Assembly (NCBI GenBank): GCA_963727505.1
Contig: CAVSGP010000002.1
Location: 64,001 to 128,000, forward strand
DNA from: an uncultured Trueperaceae bacterium
GTDB taxonomy: Bacteria > Deinococcota > Deinococci > Deinococcales > Trueperaceae
Length of the DNA: 64,000 nucleotides
Direction of reading: 5' to 3'
Numbering within the stretch: position 1 is the stretch's first letter; every line of letters begins with the position of its first letter. Positions 10,228-19,644 of this stretch are shown in pieces. The notes beneath the pieces are model-generated. The model had not been told where the DNA came from, ran no database searches, and saw nothing but the letters and a program-made list of their open reading frames with translations. The translations under genes were made by a program, and so were the position numbers.

Positions 10228-11388
10228 TCAGGCGGCCTTCGCTCCAGGTGCCCGCTCGCTCGGGACCGGACGCGAACGGTGGAGTCGGAGTGCACGCTCG
10301 TAGAACCCCACCAGGGCGCGCGTACTGCTCTCCCACGACCACAGCTGGCTCTCGCGCCGGCCCTGCTCGGCGATGCGCCGGCGGCGGCCGGGATCGTCCA
10401 GCAACGCCTGTAGCGCGGTGGCCAGCGCGACGCCGTCGCCCGGCTCGACCAGCACACCGTTGTCGTCGTCGCGGACGATGTGCGGGATGCCGCCTGCGCG
10501 GGCTGCGACCACGCAGACGCCGCCGGCCATGGCCTCGATGGCGGCGAACCCGAGCGTCTCGGAGTCGGACGGGAACGCGAACAGATCCCCGCTGGCGTAG
10601 GCCGCGGCCAGCTCGTCCCCTTCCAGGAAGCCGGTGAAGACCGTGCCGCTATCGGCCAGCTCGCGCTTCAGCCAGCCCAACGCCGGCCCCTCCCCCACCA
10701 CTGCGAAGCGGACATCGGGAAGGCGCCGCACGGCCTCGGCCAGCACGTCGACCCGCTTCTCGAACGACACCCGACCGGCGTACACCACCAGGGGCCGGTC
10801 CGGCCGGCCGCCGGTGAGTCGCTCCCGCATCGCCGCCGTGGCCTTGGCTGGATGGAAACGCTCGCTGTCTACCGCCTTGGGCCACAGGCGCACCCGCCGG
10901 ATGTGCAGCTCGCGGGCGAGCTCCACCATCTGCGGGCTGGTACACAGGGTCACGTCCGCGAGGTTGTGGATCTCGCGGTCCACGATCTCCAGCGGCCGCT
11001 CCAGCCACCCCAGGCCGAGGCGCCTGACCACCTTGGGATCGGTGTGGAAGCTGGCGACCAGCGGGAGCCCTCGGCGGCGCGCCCACAGCGCGCCCCAGCT
11101 CCCGAACACCACGGGGTTGACGACGTGCACCACGTCCGGCTGGAAAGCGCCGGCCGCCGCGGCGAGCCGCGCCGAAGGAAGCGCGACGGTGAGCTCGGGG
11201 TACCAGGGGAACGGGAGTCCGGGCGCCGCCACCACGCGGAAGCGGCCGTAGCGCGCGGGAGCCGCCGGCGGCGCAAGGATCAGCGCCTCGTGGCCCAACG
11301 CCTGGAGCGCATCCAGGGTGTGGACGAGGCGCGTGACCACGCCGTCGACCTTGGGCAGGAACGTCTCTGTGACTATCGCGATTCGCAC
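10228..11388 (-). CDS. Glycosyltransferase family 4 (SQD2/MgtA-like)
   Basis: RIAIVTETFLPKVDGV, SFHT, ETLGFAAIEAMAGG (E-x7-E) motifs. Confidence 0.9.
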   Translation of the reverse strand: MRIAIVTETFLPKVDGVVTRLVHTLDALQALGHEALILAPPAAPARYGRFRVVAAPGLPFPWYPELTVALPSARLAAAAGAFQPDVVHVVNPVVFGSWGALWARRRGLPLVASFHTDPKVVRRLGLGWLERPLEIVDREIHNLADVTLCTSPQMVELARELHIRRVRLWPKAVDSERFHPAKATAAMRERLTGGRPDRPLVVYAGRVSFEKRVDVLAEAVRRLPDVRFAVVGEGPALGWLKRELADSGTVFTGFLEGDELAAAYASGDLFAFPSDSETLGFAAIEAMAGGVCVVAARAGGIPHIVRDDDNGVLVEPGDGVALATALQALLDDPGRRRRIAEQGRRESQLWSWESSTRALVGFYERALRLHRSRPVPSERAPGAKAA

Positions 11389-11410
11389 GACTCGGTTCCC
11401 ATGCCTGTCA

Positions 11411-11420
11411 TAGAATTCTA
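11411..11420. promoter_or_regulatory. Palindromic overlapping -10 boxes (bidirectional promoter)
   Basis: TAGAATTCTA reads TAGAAT on both strands within a 40-bp gap between divergent genes. Confidence 0.55.
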
Positions 11421-11428
11421 ACGTAGCC

Positions 11429-12295
11429 GTGGCCGAATCTGTTCCAGCCGCCGTCCTCGTGACCGGTGCCTCCTCCGGCATCGGACGGGCGGCCGCGTTG
11501 GCGCTTGCCCGGGAGGGGTACCGCGTCTATGCCGGCGTGCGCCGCGAAGAGGACGGCGCGTTCCTGGCGCGCGCCGCCGACGGCACCCTCACGCCGCTCT
11601 ACCTCGATGTCACCGACCCGGATATGGTGCTCGACGCCGCTCGCAGGCTCGACGATGAGCTCGGCGCCGACGGGCTCTTCGGCCTCGTCAACAACGCCGG
11701 CATGGTGGTGGCCGCGCCGTTGGAGTTCGTCCCACTCGAGGACGTACGCGAGCAGTTCGAGGTCAACGTCACCGGCGCCCTGGCGGTGACGCAGGCCGTC
11801 ATCCCGCTGTTGCGTCGAGCCGGCGGCCACATCGTGAACATAGGATCGGTGTCGGGCTCCATCTCGACGCCGTTCACCGGGCCCTACAACGCCTCCAAGT
11901 TCGCATTGCGCGCGATGAGCGACGCGCTCCGCCTGGAGCTGGCCCCGTGGGGCATCAGCGTGTCGATCATCGAGCCCGGGACGGTCCACACGCCGCTGTG
12001 GAAGCGATCGCTGGGCCGCTTCCAGGTGCTCGAGCAACGCCTTCCCGCCCGCGCCACGGCGCTCTACGGCCCGGTCTTCACCAAGATGCAGCAGTTCATC
12101 GAGGGGGCCCGCGGCTTGCCGCCGGAGAGGGTGGCAGCGGTGATCGTCTCGGCCTTGCGCTCCCGGCGCCCGCGGCCCTACTACCCGGTCGGCCACGACG
12201 CGCGACTGCGGCTCGCGCTCGTGCGCTTGCCGACCCGGTTGCGCGACTTCCTCATCGCCACGCAACTCCCCAAGTACCCGGCGCGCGATCCCTAG
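11429..12295 (+). CDS. Short-chain dehydrogenase/reductase
   Basis: TGASSGIG, NNAG, YNASK motifs. Confidence 0.92.
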   Translation: MAESVPAAVLVTGASSGIGRAAALALAREGYRVYAGVRREEDGAFLARAADGTLTPLYLDVTDPDMVLDAARRLDDELGADGLFGLVNNAGMVVAAPLEFVPLEDVREQFEVNVTGALAVTQAVIPLLRRAGGHIVNIGSVSGSISTPFTGPYNASKFALRAMSDALRLELAPWGISVSIIEPGTVHTPLWKRSLGRFQVLEQRLPARATALYGPVFTKMQQFIEGARGLPPERVAAVIVSALRSRRPRPYYPVGHDARLRLALVRLPTRLRDFLIATQLPKYPARDP

Positions 12296-12405
12296 GCGAC
12301 GCCTTCGCGAAGCGGGGCCCGGCGCTCGACGCACCGGACCCCGCGGTCTGCCTGGACTCGAGCGGGCGAACCGGCGCTTGCCGCGCAGGCCGCCGCGCGA
12401 GCAGC

Positions 12406-13437
12406 TCAGTTGTATCCGCTCATCAGCGCTTCGAGCTGCTCCTTCGACGGCCGCAGCAGGTCATCGGAGAGCGACGACAGCGCCTGACCGTTGAGGCCGC
12501 TCACTTCGGCCAGCGAGGGACGGCTCTGGTCGTAGTAGATCAGACCGGTGATGAACTCGTGGCTGTCTTCGGCCTGCTGCAGGCGCTGCAACGCCGCCGC
12601 CCGGTTGGTCGGATCGTAGTTGGCCTCGAGGTTGTGCAGCTTGATCTTCGAACCATCGTGGAGCTGCACCGTGGTGGACTCACCCGGCTCCTGCGCGTCG
12701 ATGATGATCTCCTCGTCCGCGGGGAAGAAACCGATGTCCTGGAGCGCGTGCTCGTTCTCGCGCCCGTAGGTGTAGCTCTTGGGCGATTCGTCCTCGTTGT
12801 TGAACGCCACGCACGGGCTGATGATGTCGAGCACCGCCGTGCCGCGGTGGCTGAGGGCGGCCTTGAGGAGCTCGCGCACCTGCTTGGCATCGCCGGCGAA
12901 GCTGCGTGCCACGAAGCCGGCGCCCGCCACCAGAGCCTCCATGCACAGGTCGATGGCAGGGAAGTCGTTGTGGCCGGCGTACTTCAGGTCCTGGCCGTAG
13001 TCGGCGGTGGCGGAGAACTGCCCCTTGGTGAGGCCGTACACGCCGTTGTTCTCGACGACGTAGACCATACGCACGTTGCGGCGCACCAGGTGTTTGAACT
13101 GCCCCATGCCGATGCTGCCGGTGTCGCCGTCGCCGCTGACACCCAGGCCGCGCACGGTGTGGTTGGCCGTGAGCGCACCGGTCGCCAGCGAGGGCATGCG
13201 GCCGTGCAGGCCGTTGAAGCCGTGCGACTGGCCCAGGAAGTAGGTGGGCGACTTGCTCGAGCAGCCGATGCCCGAGAGCTTGATGACCTCGTGCGGCTTC
13301 AGGTTCAGCTCGTACGCCACCTGGATGACCTGGTTGGCGATCGAGTTGTGGCCGCAGCCCTTGCACAAGGTCGAGTGCGCACCGGCGTAATCCGCCTTCG
13401 ACATCCCCAGCAGGTTGACCTTCATGGTCCGTTCCAT
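12406..13437 (-). CDS. korB: 2-oxoacid:ferredoxin oxidoreductase beta subunit
   Basis: LCKGCGH, GIGCSS, GDGD TPP motif, NNGVYGLTKGQ, SPC. Confidence 0.9.
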   Translation of the reverse strand: MERTMKVNLLGMSKADYAGAHSTLCKGCGHNSIANQVIQVAYELNLKPHEVIKLSGIGCSSKSPTYFLGQSHGFNGLHGRMPSLATGALTANHTVRGLGVSGDGDTGSIGMGQFKHLVRRNVRMVYVVENNGVYGLTKGQFSATADYGQDLKYAGHNDFPAIDLCMEALVAGAGFVARSFAGDAKQVRELLKAALSHRGTAVLDIISPCVAFNNEDESPKSYTYGRENEHALQDIGFFPADEEIIIDAQEPGESTTVQLHDGSKIKLHNLEANYDPTNRAAALQRLQQAEDSHEFITGLIYYDQSRPSLAEVSGLNGQALSSLSDDLLRPSKEQLEALMSGYN

Positions 13438-13441
13438 GACC

Positions 13442-15274
13442 TCAGCTCCGTCCTTCCGCGAGCTTCGCGAGCACCTGCTCGCGTACCCATGCTGCTGTCC
13501 AGGGCATGCCGTCCAGGAAGGCGACGGACTCGAGCCTGGTGGCGCAATCGTGGCACTCGGCCTTGAGGATCTCGAAGAGCTGCCCGTCGCGGTTCATCTC
13601 CATGACCACGACGAGGTCGTGACCCTGGATGAACGAGCGCACCTCCTCGCCGATCGGCAGCGCCTTGAGGCGCAGGAAATCGCTGGGGACGTCCTCGGCG
13701 GCGAGCTGGTCGCGCGCCTCTTCGATCGCGTAGCGGGTCGTACCGAACGCCAGGATACCGAGCTTCGCGCCCTGCATCTCGTCGAGCACCGGCTTGGGAA
13801 CCAGCGTACGGGCGGTGTCGAATTTACGCACCAGCCTGTCCATGTTGTCGGTCCAGTCCTCCGGCCGCTCGCTGTACAGGGCGCTGTCGTTGTGGCCGGT
13901 GCCGCGCGCGAAGTAGGCCGACATGGCGTTGGTGTTGCCCGGCAGCGTCCGGAAGGGAATGCCGTCGCCGTCGACGTCACGGTAGCGGGCGAAGCCGCGC
14001 TCCTCGACCTCCTCGGCGCTGAGCACCTTGCCGCGCTGGATCGGGGTGTCCGGGTAGGCGAAAGGCTCGCCCATCCAGTTGTTCATCCCCAGGTCGAGGT
14101 CGGACAGCACGAAGATCGGCGTCTGCAGGGTATCGGCCAGATCGTGTGCCTTGTAGCCCAGCTCGAAGGCCTCCTCGATGCTCGAGGGAAGCAGGACCGG
14201 ATGCCGGGTATCGCCGTGCCCGAGCCGATAGGCGAAACCAAGGTCGCCCTGGCTGGTGCGCGTCGGAAGGCCCGTGCTGGGCCCGACGCGCTGCACGTCC
14301 CAGATCACCGCTGGCACCTCGGCGAAGTAGCCCAGGCCCACATACTCCGCCATCAGCGAGATGCCGGGCCCGGAGGTCGCCGTGACCGCACGCGCCCCGG
14401 CCCAGCCCGCGCCGATCACCATGCCGATGGCGGCGAGCTCGTCCTCCGCCTGCACCACCGCGTAGGTGGGAGAGCCGTCGGGCGCCGTGCGCAGTCGGGG
14501 CGCATGCTCCCGGAAGGAATCGATGAAGCTGGTCGAGGGAGTGATGGGATACCAGGCGGCCACGCTGGCGCCGCCGAAGAGCGAGCCGATCGCCCCGGCC
14601 TCGTTGCCGTTCATGAGGATCAGGCCGTCCGTAGCATGCATCGGCTCGACCTTGTACGGGTCGATCTTGGTGAGGTTGGCCTCGGCCCACCCGTAGCTGT
14701 CGCGGACGACGGCCATGTTGCTGTCGACCAGTTTCTGGCGGCGCCCGAAGTGGAACGACAGGGACTCTTCGACCGTCTCGAGAGAGACGCCGAGCAGCCA
14801 GGCCACGACGCCGACGTAGGTCATGTTGGCGACGTAGTCGCGCAGCTTTCCCTTGAGCGGGTTGCCCTTGAGCAACTCCTTGACCGGGACACCGTAGTAC
14901 ACCAGATCCTGCCGTGTGGTGTCGGCGTGCAGGTCGTCGTTGAAGACGCAGACGCCGCCGGCGGGGAGGTTGGCCACGTCCTCGGCCACAGTGGCGGCGT
15001 TGAAGGCCACCAGGATCTCGGCGGGCCGGCGCGCGATGTACCCCTTGTGGCTGACGCGGATGTTGTACCAGGTTGGCAGGCCCTGGATGTTGGACGGGAA
15101 GATGTTCTTGCCGTGGACCGGGATGCCCATCTTGAAGAAGCTGCGTAGCAACGTCAGATTGGCGGTCTGGCTGCCGGTCCCGTTCGCGGTCGCGACCGCG
15201 ATGGAGAAGTCGTTGACGACCGCCTCGACACTCTGGTCGGGTGCGGGCCTGGTAAGCGGTTCAGTGACACCCAT
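13442..15274 (-). CDS. korA: 2-oxoacid:ferredoxin oxidoreductase alpha subunit (with gamma domain)
   Basis: YPITP, QAEDELAA, TATSGPG, QRVGPSTGLPT motifs. Confidence 0.92.
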   Translation of the reverse strand: MGVTEPLTRPAPDQSVEAVVNDFSIAVATANGTGSQTANLTLLRSFFKMGIPVHGKNIFPSNIQGLPTWYNIRVSHKGYIARRPAEILVAFNAATVAEDVANLPAGGVCVFNDDLHADTTRQDLVYYGVPVKELLKGNPLKGKLRDYVANMTYVGVVAWLLGVSLETVEESLSFHFGRRQKLVDSNMAVVRDSYGWAEANLTKIDPYKVEPMHATDGLILMNGNEAGAIGSLFGGASVAAWYPITPSTSFIDSFREHAPRLRTAPDGSPTYAVVQAEDELAAIGMVIGAGWAGARAVTATSGPGISLMAEYVGLGYFAEVPAVIWDVQRVGPSTGLPTRTSQGDLGFAYRLGHGDTRHPVLLPSSIEEAFELGYKAHDLADTLQTPIFVLSDLDLGMNNWMGEPFAYPDTPIQRGKVLSAEEVEERGFARYRDVDGDGIPFRTLPGNTNAMSAYFARGTGHNDSALYSERPEDWTDNMDRLVRKFDTARTLVPKPVLDEMQGAKLGILAFGTTRYAIEEARDQLAAEDVPSDFLRLKALPIGEEVRSFIQGHDLVVVMEMNRDGQLFEILKAECHDCATRLESVAFLDGMPWTAAWVREQVLAKLAEGRS

Positions 15275-15297
15275 GCTCTACCAACTCCTACGTCCGA

Positions 15298-15341
15298 CCC
15301 CAGCCGACCCGGGATCGATCACGTACCCGAGCCGACTGGGG
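15298..15341 (-). promoter_or_regulatory. 16-bp stem-loop in the korA 5' leader
   Basis: CCCCAGTCGGCTCGGG pairs with CCCGGGTCGGCTGGGG using three G-U pairs only on the minus strand; TACTAT -10 upstream near 15367-15372. Confidence 0.5.
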
Positions 15342-15473
15342 CCTAAACGGTGGTTCCACCACTTCATAGTAATCCCGGCGCGTCGTCGCGCCCGCCAGCG
15401 TAGCTTCACGTGGACACAGCCTCTACCTCATCGCGGTTGGGAGGTCGTACGCTCGCCTCCACGAGCACGATAG

Positions 15474-15495
15474 CGCCCACCCCGAGGGGTGGGCG
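15474..15495 (-). terminator. Hairpin downstream of recA
   Basis: CGCCCACCCC-GA-GGGGTGGGCG inverted repeat; no strong U-tract. Confidence 0.45.
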
Positions 15496-15566
15496 TGGGA
15501 CATCTGTCACGTTGGGACACGAGCCCCTGGCAGGGGGCGCGGAGGGCGAGGCCGAGGTTCGGGCGC

Positions 15567-16658
15567 TCAGGCCTCCAGCGCGGCGTCCTTGGCCGGATCG
15601 TCGGAGCCACCGTCATCGGTGCCGAGCTCCTCGACATCGTAGGCGGCGCTGCGATGCACCTGCTTGCCGAGCTGCAGCTCGCTCATGACGCGTTCTCGGA
15701 TGGCTTGCAAGACGTCCGGGTTCTGGCTCAGGAACTCCACCGTCTTCTCCTTACCCTGCCCCAACCGCGTCTCCCCGAACGAGTACCACGACCCCGACTT
15801 CTGCACCACCTCCACATCACTCGCCACATTCACCAGATCCCCCACCGCATCGATCCCCCGACCGAACATGATCTCCACCTCCGCCTCCCGGAACGGCGGC
15901 GCCACCTTGTTCTTCGTCACCTTCACCCGCACGCGGTTCCCCACCTTCTCCGCGCCCACCTTCACATCCCCCTTACGCCGCACCTCCATACGCACACTCG
16001 AATAGAACTTCAACGCCCGCCCCCCCGGCGTCACCTCCGGATTGCCGTACAACACCCCGATCTTCTCCCGCACCTGATTGATGAAGATCGCCGTCGCCTT
16101 ACTCTTCGACAACACCGCCGTCAACTTCCGCAACGCCTGCGACATCAACCGCGCCTGCAACCCCACATGCGCGTCCCCCATCTCCCCCTCCAACTCGGCG
16201 CGCGGCGTCAACGCCGCCACACTATCGATCACCACCACATCCACCGCGCCCGAACGCACCAACAACTCCGTGATCTCCAGCGCCTGCTCCCCCGAATCCG
16301 GCTGACTCACCAACAACTGCTCGATATCCACCCCCAACGCCCGCGCATACGACGGATCCAACGCATGCTCCGCATCCACGAACGCCGCCACACCCCCCAC
16401 CGCCTGCGCCTGCGCCACCACATGCAACGCCAACGTCGTCTTCCCCCCCGCCTCCGGACCATAGATCTCCACCACCCGACCCCGAGGCACACCCCCCACC
16501 CCCAACGCCACATCCACCGACAACGACCCCGTCGAAATCACACCCGCCGCCAACGACCGCACCTGCTCCTCACCCAACCGCATCACCGCGCCCTTCCCAA
16601 ACTGGCGCTCGATGGTGCTCAGGGCGAGGTTGAGAGCCTTCTCCCGTTCCTTGTCCAT
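15567..16658 (-). CDS. recA: Recombinase RecA
   Basis: GPEAGGKTT Walker [54 protein letters not shown] before MDKERE. Confidence 0.98.
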   Translation of the reverse strand: MDKEREKALNLALSTIERQFGKGAVMRLGEEQVRSLAAGVISTGSLSVDVALGVGGVPRGRVVEIYGPEAGGKTTLALHVVAQAQAVGGVAAFVDAEHALDPSYARALGVDIEQLLVSQPDSGEQALEITELLVRSGAVDVVVIDSVAALTPRAELEGEMGDAHVGLQARLMSQALRKLTAVLSKSKATAIFINQVREKIGVLYGNPEVTPGGRALKFYSSVRMEVRRKGDVKVGAEKVGNRVRVKVTKNKVAPPFREAEVEIMFGRGIDAVGDLVNVASDVEVVQKSGSWYSFGETRLGQGKEKTVEFLSQNPDVLQAIRERVMSELQLGKQVHRSAAYDVEELGTDDGGSDDPAKDAALEA

Positions 16659-16710
16659 GGTGTTGCTCCCTCCGTGCCTGGGGCCCGTGGGCGCAACGTA
16701 CACGCCCGTC

Positions 16711-16755
16711 TTCGGAATACCTTAAATACTAAGGGGCCGGAGGGGTCGTTGGCAA
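16711..16755 (-). promoter_or_regulatory. recA promoter with AT-rich candidate operator
   Basis: TTGCCA-18nt-TAGTAT; overlapping TTAGTATTTAAGGTATTCCGAA contains GTATT direct repeats 10 bp apart. Confidence 0.5.
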
Positions 16756-16790
16756 GGGGCGGGCACCGAGAACTCCTCGGCACCCGCCCC
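16756..16790 (-). terminator. Terminator-like hairpin after the E1 beta gene
   Basis: GGGGCGGGTGCCGAG-gagtt-CTCGGTGCCCGCCCC, 15-bp stem with G-U pairs on the minus strand. Confidence 0.6.
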
Positions 16791-16847
16791 GTTCCTGCGG
16801 CCGGACCCGCCCTGCGGCGGGAGCAGCGCGCGACGCTAGCGCCGGCG

Positions 16848-17861
16848 CTACGCCGCCAGCACCTGCCGCACCGCTTCGAGCACGCGGCGCGCGTCGGGGC
16901 GGTAGTGGTGCTCGATGGCGCTGAAGGGCGGATAGGGCGCGTCCCAGCCCGCAACTCGCAGCACCGGGGCCTGCAACGACCAGATGGCGTCCTCGGCGAT
17001 GCGCGCTGCCACCTCGGCACCGAACCCGCCGATCTTCCGGGCCTCGTACACGACCACCGCACGACCCGTCTTCTCGACCGAGGCCAGCACGGTCTCGGCG
17101 TCGAAGGGCGTGAGCGTCTCCAGGTCGATCACCTCGAGCTCGACGCCCTCGCGGGCGGCGACCTCCGCGGCCTTGAGGCACACCTCCACCATGCCGCCGT
17201 AGGCGATGAGCGTCACGGCGCTCCCCTCCCGCACGACGCGCGCCTTGCCGAGCTCGACCCGGTAGTGCCCGTGAGGCACCTCGGCCTTCACCGAGCGGTA
17301 GAGCTTGATGGACTCCAGGAAGAACACGGGGTCCGGGTCCTCGATGGCGGCGAGCAGCAGCCCTTTGGCCCGCTCGGGGCTCGACGGGATGACCACCTTC
17401 ACGCCCGGCACGTGCGCCAGGATCGCCTCCGGGGAGTCGGCGTGCTGTTCCGGCGTGTGCACGCCTCCTCCGTAGGGCGCCCGGATCACCATCGGTACGG
17501 TGTAGCGGCCGCGCGTGCGGTGCCGGTAGCGGCCCAGGTGGGACAGGATGTGGTCGAGGGCGGGGTACATGAAACCGGCGAACTGGATCTCGGCGACCGG
17601 CCGCATGCCGGCCAGGGCCAGGCCGATGCCGTACCCGACGATGCCCGCCTCGGACAGCGGGGTGTCGAACACGCGCTCCTCGCCGTAGCTGTCGCGGAGC
17701 CCGTCGCTCACCCGGAAGACGCCGCCCATGCCGACGTCCTCCCCGAACAGCAGCACCCGCGGGTCGCGCTCGAGCGCGATGTCGAGCGCGTCGTGGATGG
17801 CCTGCACCATGGTCATGCTGCGCACGCTGGCCTCCACCTTGCTCCCGGCGGCCTCAACCAT
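16848..17861 (-). CDS. 2-oxoacid dehydrogenase E1 beta subunit
   Basis: [36 protein letters not shown] motifs. Confidence 0.92.
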   Translation of the reverse strand: MVEAAGSKVEASVRSMTMVQAIHDALDIALERDPRVLLFGEDVGMGGVFRVSDGLRDSYGEERVFDTPLSEAGIVGYGIGLALAGMRPVAEIQFAGFMYPALDHILSHLGRYRHRTRGRYTVPMVIRAPYGGGVHTPEQHADSPEAILAHVPGVKVVIPSSPERAKGLLLAAIEDPDPVFFLESIKLYRSVKAEVPHGHYRVELGKARVVREGSAVTLIAYGGMVEVCLKAAEVAAREGVELEVIDLETLTPFDAETVLASVEKTGRAVVVYEARKIGGFGAEVAARIAEDAIWSLQAPVLRVAGWDAPYPPFSAIEHHYRPDARRVLEAVRQVLAA

Positions 17862-18882
17862 GGCGGAGCACCTCCCAGGCCATCCGCGCGTCGGGCGTCA
17901 TGCTCTCGAACACCTGCTCCACGATCTCCTGCGGCTCGGGCTCGGGCGCTGCGTCGGCTTCGCGCACCGCTGCCTGCCACTCCTCGGTCAGCTCGGCCAC
18001 CATGGCCCGTTCGCGTTCGTCGTCCCAGACCTCCATCGCACTCAACGCCGTCCGCAGCCGGGCGACCGGGTCGCGCGCCTCCCAGGCGGCGGTGCTCTCG
18101 GCGCTGCGGTAGCGGTTGGGGTCATCGCTGGAGGTGTGCGGGCCCATGCGGTAGGTCACGGCTTCGATGAGGGTCGGCCCCTCGCCGTCACGGGCGCGCT
18201 GCACCGCCTCGCGGGCGGCGTGCCACACGGCGGTGAGGTCGTTGCCGTCGACCACCACCCCGGGGATGCCGTAGCCGGCGGCACGGTCGGCGATGCGCGG
18301 GTTGCGCATCTGCTTGGAGGTGGGAACGCTGATGGCCCAGCCGTTGTTCTCCACCAGCAGCACCACCGGCGCCGAGAACACGGCGGCGAAGTTGAGCGCC
18401 TCGTGGAAGTCCCCCTCGCTGGTGCCGCCGTCCCCGACGGTGGTGAGCGCCACCCAGTCCTCGCCCTGATGACGGCCCGCCGACGCCACGCCGACGGCGT
18501 GCAGGAGCTGGGTGGCGATGGGGATGTAGAAGGGGAGCACGCGCAGATCGTCGGGGTAGCGCCAGCCGGCCGGCGTGGCGCGCCAGTACAGGATGGCCTG
18601 ACTCATCGCCAGCCCGTGCGTCAACGCAGCACCGGTATCACGGTAGCTCGGCACCAGCCAATCGTCGGCTGCGAGCGCAAGAGCCGCTCCGACCTGGGCG
18701 GCCTCCTGGCCACGGTAGGGGGGATAGACGCCGAGTCTGCCCTGGCGTTGCAGGGTCATGGCCCGCTCGTCGAAGAAGCGGGCACGGACCATGGCGCGGT
18801 AGCCGCGGACCAGCTCGTCCACCGAGAACGGTAGTCGGTCCGCTCTGCCGCCGTCCTCCGCGATGAAGCGCAACGGTTCCAT
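17854..18882 (-). CDS. 2-oxoacid dehydrogenase E1 alpha subunit
   Basis: [24 protein letters not shown]...ENN TPP motif, [19 protein letters not shown] before MEPLRF. Confidence 0.92.
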   Translation of the reverse strand: MEPLRFIAEDGGRADRLPFSVDELVRGYRAMVRARFFDERAMTLQRQGRLGVYPPYRGQEAAQVGAALALAADDWLVPSYRDTGAALTHGLAMSQAILYWRATPAGWRYPDDLRVLPFYIPIATQLLHAVGVASAGRHQGEDWVALTTVGDGGTSEGDFHEALNFAAVFSAPVVLLVENNGWAISVPTSKQMRNPRIADRAAGYGIPGVVVDGNDLTAVWHAAREAVQRARDGEGPTLIEAVTYRMGPHTSSDDPNRYRSAESTAAWEARDPVARLRTALSAMEVWDDERERAMVAELTEEWQAAVREADAAPEPEPQEIVEQVFESMTPDARMAWEVLRHG

Positions 18883-19020
18883 GTCATCTCCTGATGCCGC
18901 CGTGCGGAGCCGATCCTCCACAGGGGGGGTGGGTCTCGCCGGTAGGCTAACCCAGGACCGCCGCGCGCTGCGCCTCCGGGAGTGCAGGCCGCCAGGGTAT
19001 GGCGTTCGGTTCACGATCGC

Positions 19021-19050
19021 TTGTCGAACGAACGATCGTTCGCCTATACT
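19021..19050 (+). promoter_or_regulatory. paaR promoter with PaaR operator
   Basis: TTGTCG (19021) and TATACT (19045) flank the perfect palindrome CGAACGATCGTTCG (19029-19042), which fits the Thermus PaaR consensus CNAACGNNCGTTNG as I recall it. Confidence 0.8.
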
Positions 19051-19056
19051 CCGCGG

Positions 19057-19644
19057 GTGACCCGACGGCAAGAGATCCTCGACACCGCCGGCGACCTCTT
19101 CCAGCGCAACGGCTACCACGCGACCAGCATGCGCGAGATCGCCCGGAACGTGCAACTCCAGGGCAGCAGCCTGTACGCCCACATCCAGTCCAAGGAGGAG
19201 TTGCTCCGGAGCATCGTCCACGAGGCCGCCGACACCTTCCTCGACGCCGCGCGCGAGGTGGACGCGTCCCTCCCCCCGCCCGAGCGCCTGCGCGGCCTGG
19301 TGCACGCCCACCTCGGCGTCATCCGAGACCGTCTGCCGCACGCCACCGTGTTCTTCCACGAGTGGGCGCACCTCCCGTCCGGGCTGCAACGCGAGCTGGT
19401 GGAGCGCCGTGACGCCTACCAGGCGATCTTCCGCGACACCGTGGACGCCGGCGTTCGCGACGGGAGCTTCACCGTGGAAGACCCCCCGCTCGCCACCCTC
19501 TTCGTGCTGTCCTCGTTGAACTGGACCTACCAGTGGCTCGACCCGGCCGGACGGCTGTCGCTCGACATGCTCGCCGAGCGCTACGCGTCGCTGCTTCTGG
19601 GCGCTCTCGGCGCCGTCGCCCGGGACGGAAGGGAGCAACCGTGA
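19057..19644 (+). CDS. paaR: TetR-family repressor of phenylacetate catabolism
   Basis: TetR HTH ([11 protein letters not shown]...[13 protein letters not shown]), LNWTYQW; leaderless GTG; directly upstream of paaA. Confidence 0.85.
   Translation: MTRRQEILDTAGDLFQRNGYHATSMREIARNVQLQGSSLYAHIQSKEELLRSIVHEAADTFLDAAREVDASLPPPERLRGLVHAHLGVIRDRLPHATVFFHEWAHLPSGLQRELVERRDAYQAIFRDTVDAGVRDGSFTVEDPPLATLFVLSSLNWTYQWLDPAGRLSLDMLAERYASLLLGALGAVARDGREQP

Noticed and set aside
16711..16732. RDRM (DdrO box) or LexA box upstream of recA
   Set aside because: No 17-bp window fits the RDRM palindrome and there is no GAAC-N4-GTTC; kept only as an unknown operator candidate.
15489..18170. 893-aa plus-strand His/Arg/Pro-rich ORF, and similar long antisense ORFs (13415-15148, 57296-59506, 60890-62986)
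   Set aside because: Shadow frames opposite real high-GC genes; the His richness simply mirrors the GTG/GAT/ATG codons of recA.
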